From the IMG/VR virus record IMGVR_UViG_3300046747_000816, positions 1 to 37,551 of that record: a stretch of DNA of 37,551 bases; one strand, given 5' to 3'. The stretch is from a virus. Lineage: Duplodnaviria; Caudoviricetes. The notes under the pieces were generated by a model. The model did not search any database and was not told where the DNA came from. It saw only the letters and a list, made by a program, of their open reading frames with translations. Position numbers and translations under genes: made by a program. Numbering within the stretch: the stretch's first letter is position 1; the number at the start of each line of letters is the position of its first letter. Shown in pieces: positions 36,792 to 37,551 of the stretch.

Positions 36792-36819
36792 TAAGAATCT
36801 CCCCCACGGGCCGGACGCT
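36792..36819 (+). promoter_or_regulatory. Late promoter motif copy 5
   Basis: TAAGAATCTCCCCC...GACGCT, 6 nt before ATG. Confidence 0.7.
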
Positions 36820-36825
36820 GAGTCC

Positions 36826-37197
36826 ATGCGAAAGCTCGGGCTCTTCCTGCTGGTGGTGGGTGCCGCGGTGCTCGCCGATGAGTACAACGCGAACGGTACC
36901 ATCGTTCAGGGTACGGGCATTCAGAGCGCCACCGGGCTCAACGCCGACGACTCGTACGCGATTCAGTGTCCGAACCTCGATGCCGGCCAAGGTCAGCAGG
37001 TGTTCTACCGCCCGGGTGGGTGCACGGGCTGTGTGACTGACGCCGGACTCGGCGACACGCTCCTCGACTTCACCAGCAATCAGGACCCCTACCCGGTCCG
37101 CCTGCGCGGCGGCATGTCGGCGATTCACCTCCGCGGCTTCAACGCGAGTGACGCCATCTGGTGCACCGTCTCCACGAAGTCTCAGACACACAACTGA
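36826..37197 (+). CDS. Signal-peptide-bearing small beta protein
   Basis: MRKLGLFLLVVGAAVLA signal; 4 Cys. Confidence 0.8.
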   Translation: MRKLGLFLLVVGAAVLADEYNANGTIVQGTGIQSATGLNADDSYAIQCPNLDAGQGQQVFYRPGGCTGCVTDAGLGDTLLDFTSNQDPYPVRLRGGMSAIHLRGFNASDAIWCTVSTKSQTHN

Positions 37198-37206
37198 GGA
37201 GTCGTC

Positions 37207-37551
37207 GTGCTCGGTCTGCTGATCACGCTCTCGCTCGCTGGGTCACCTACGGGCGATTGCGAACGCGTGCGATGCGCTCGAGACCGCACTCGCCCCGACA
37301 CAACGCATGTGACGGTTTGCCCCAACACGGCCGCCTGCGACTCAGGCAACAACCTGCTCTCTGACAAGACCGACTTCACCGGCGCGTCATGGTCGACGTT
37401 CTCACCCGGCACGACCATCACCGTCAGTTCAGCATCGACGGCGGTCATCGACGGGCAGACTGTACCGACGAACCGGGTGCAGTTCGGCGCGGTCGCCGCC
37501 GCTCAAGAAGCGTCGCTGTATCAGAACTTCGGCAGCTGCAAGAAAATCACG
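37207..37551 (+). CDS. Partial spike/fibre-like protein with signal-peptide-like N-terminus (runs off the window)
   Basis: GAGGAG SD, GTG start, MLGLLITLSLA, Cys cluster, NNLLSDKTDFTGASW resembling head-spike fibre motifs. Confidence 0.7.
   Translation, partial: MLGLLITLSLAGSPTGDCERVRCARDRTRPDTTHVTVCPNTAACDSGNNLLSDKTDFTGASWSTFSPGTTITVSSASTAVIDGQTVPTNRVQFGAVAAAQEASLYQNFGSCKKIT

Noticed and set aside
34658-37551. BPP-1-type diversity-generating retroelement
   Set aside because: No reverse transcriptase or TR/VR pair in the window; it could lie beyond the right edge

Overview
The whole window is a high-GC temperate podovirus-like phage genome segment, apparently in the non-integrated state, because it carries an intact attP. 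Left to right it contains: (1) a leftward early operon ending in a RecE/ExoVIII-like PD-(D/E)XK nuclease; (2) a divergent promoter pair with a ribbon-helix-helix regulator; (3) two small antisense membrane/lipoprotein genes; (4) excisionase, tyrosine integrase and an attP with the 3' half of tRNA-Arg(CCT) flanked by arm repeats; (5) a replication-initiator-like gene with internal iterons; (6) a long coupled early/middle operon (DUF559, DUF4031, RusA, Dam-like methyltransferase); (7) a BPP-1/T7-style morphogenesis module (TerS, TerL, portal, scaffold, capsid, cement, tail tube A/B, ejection proteins); and (8) tail fibre and spike genes running off the right end. The most unusual signals are four. 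The 2923-aa ejection protein carries two tandem GGDEF domains with complementary active-site losses, followed by ADP-ribosyltransferase-like and HExxH peptidase domains. A separately promoted gene appears overprinted just after the GGDEF pair. Several Cys-rich fibre/decoration-like proteins carry Sec-type signal peptides. A fixed-spacing late promoter motif occurs five times. All family calls come from motif recognition by eye; no database search was run.
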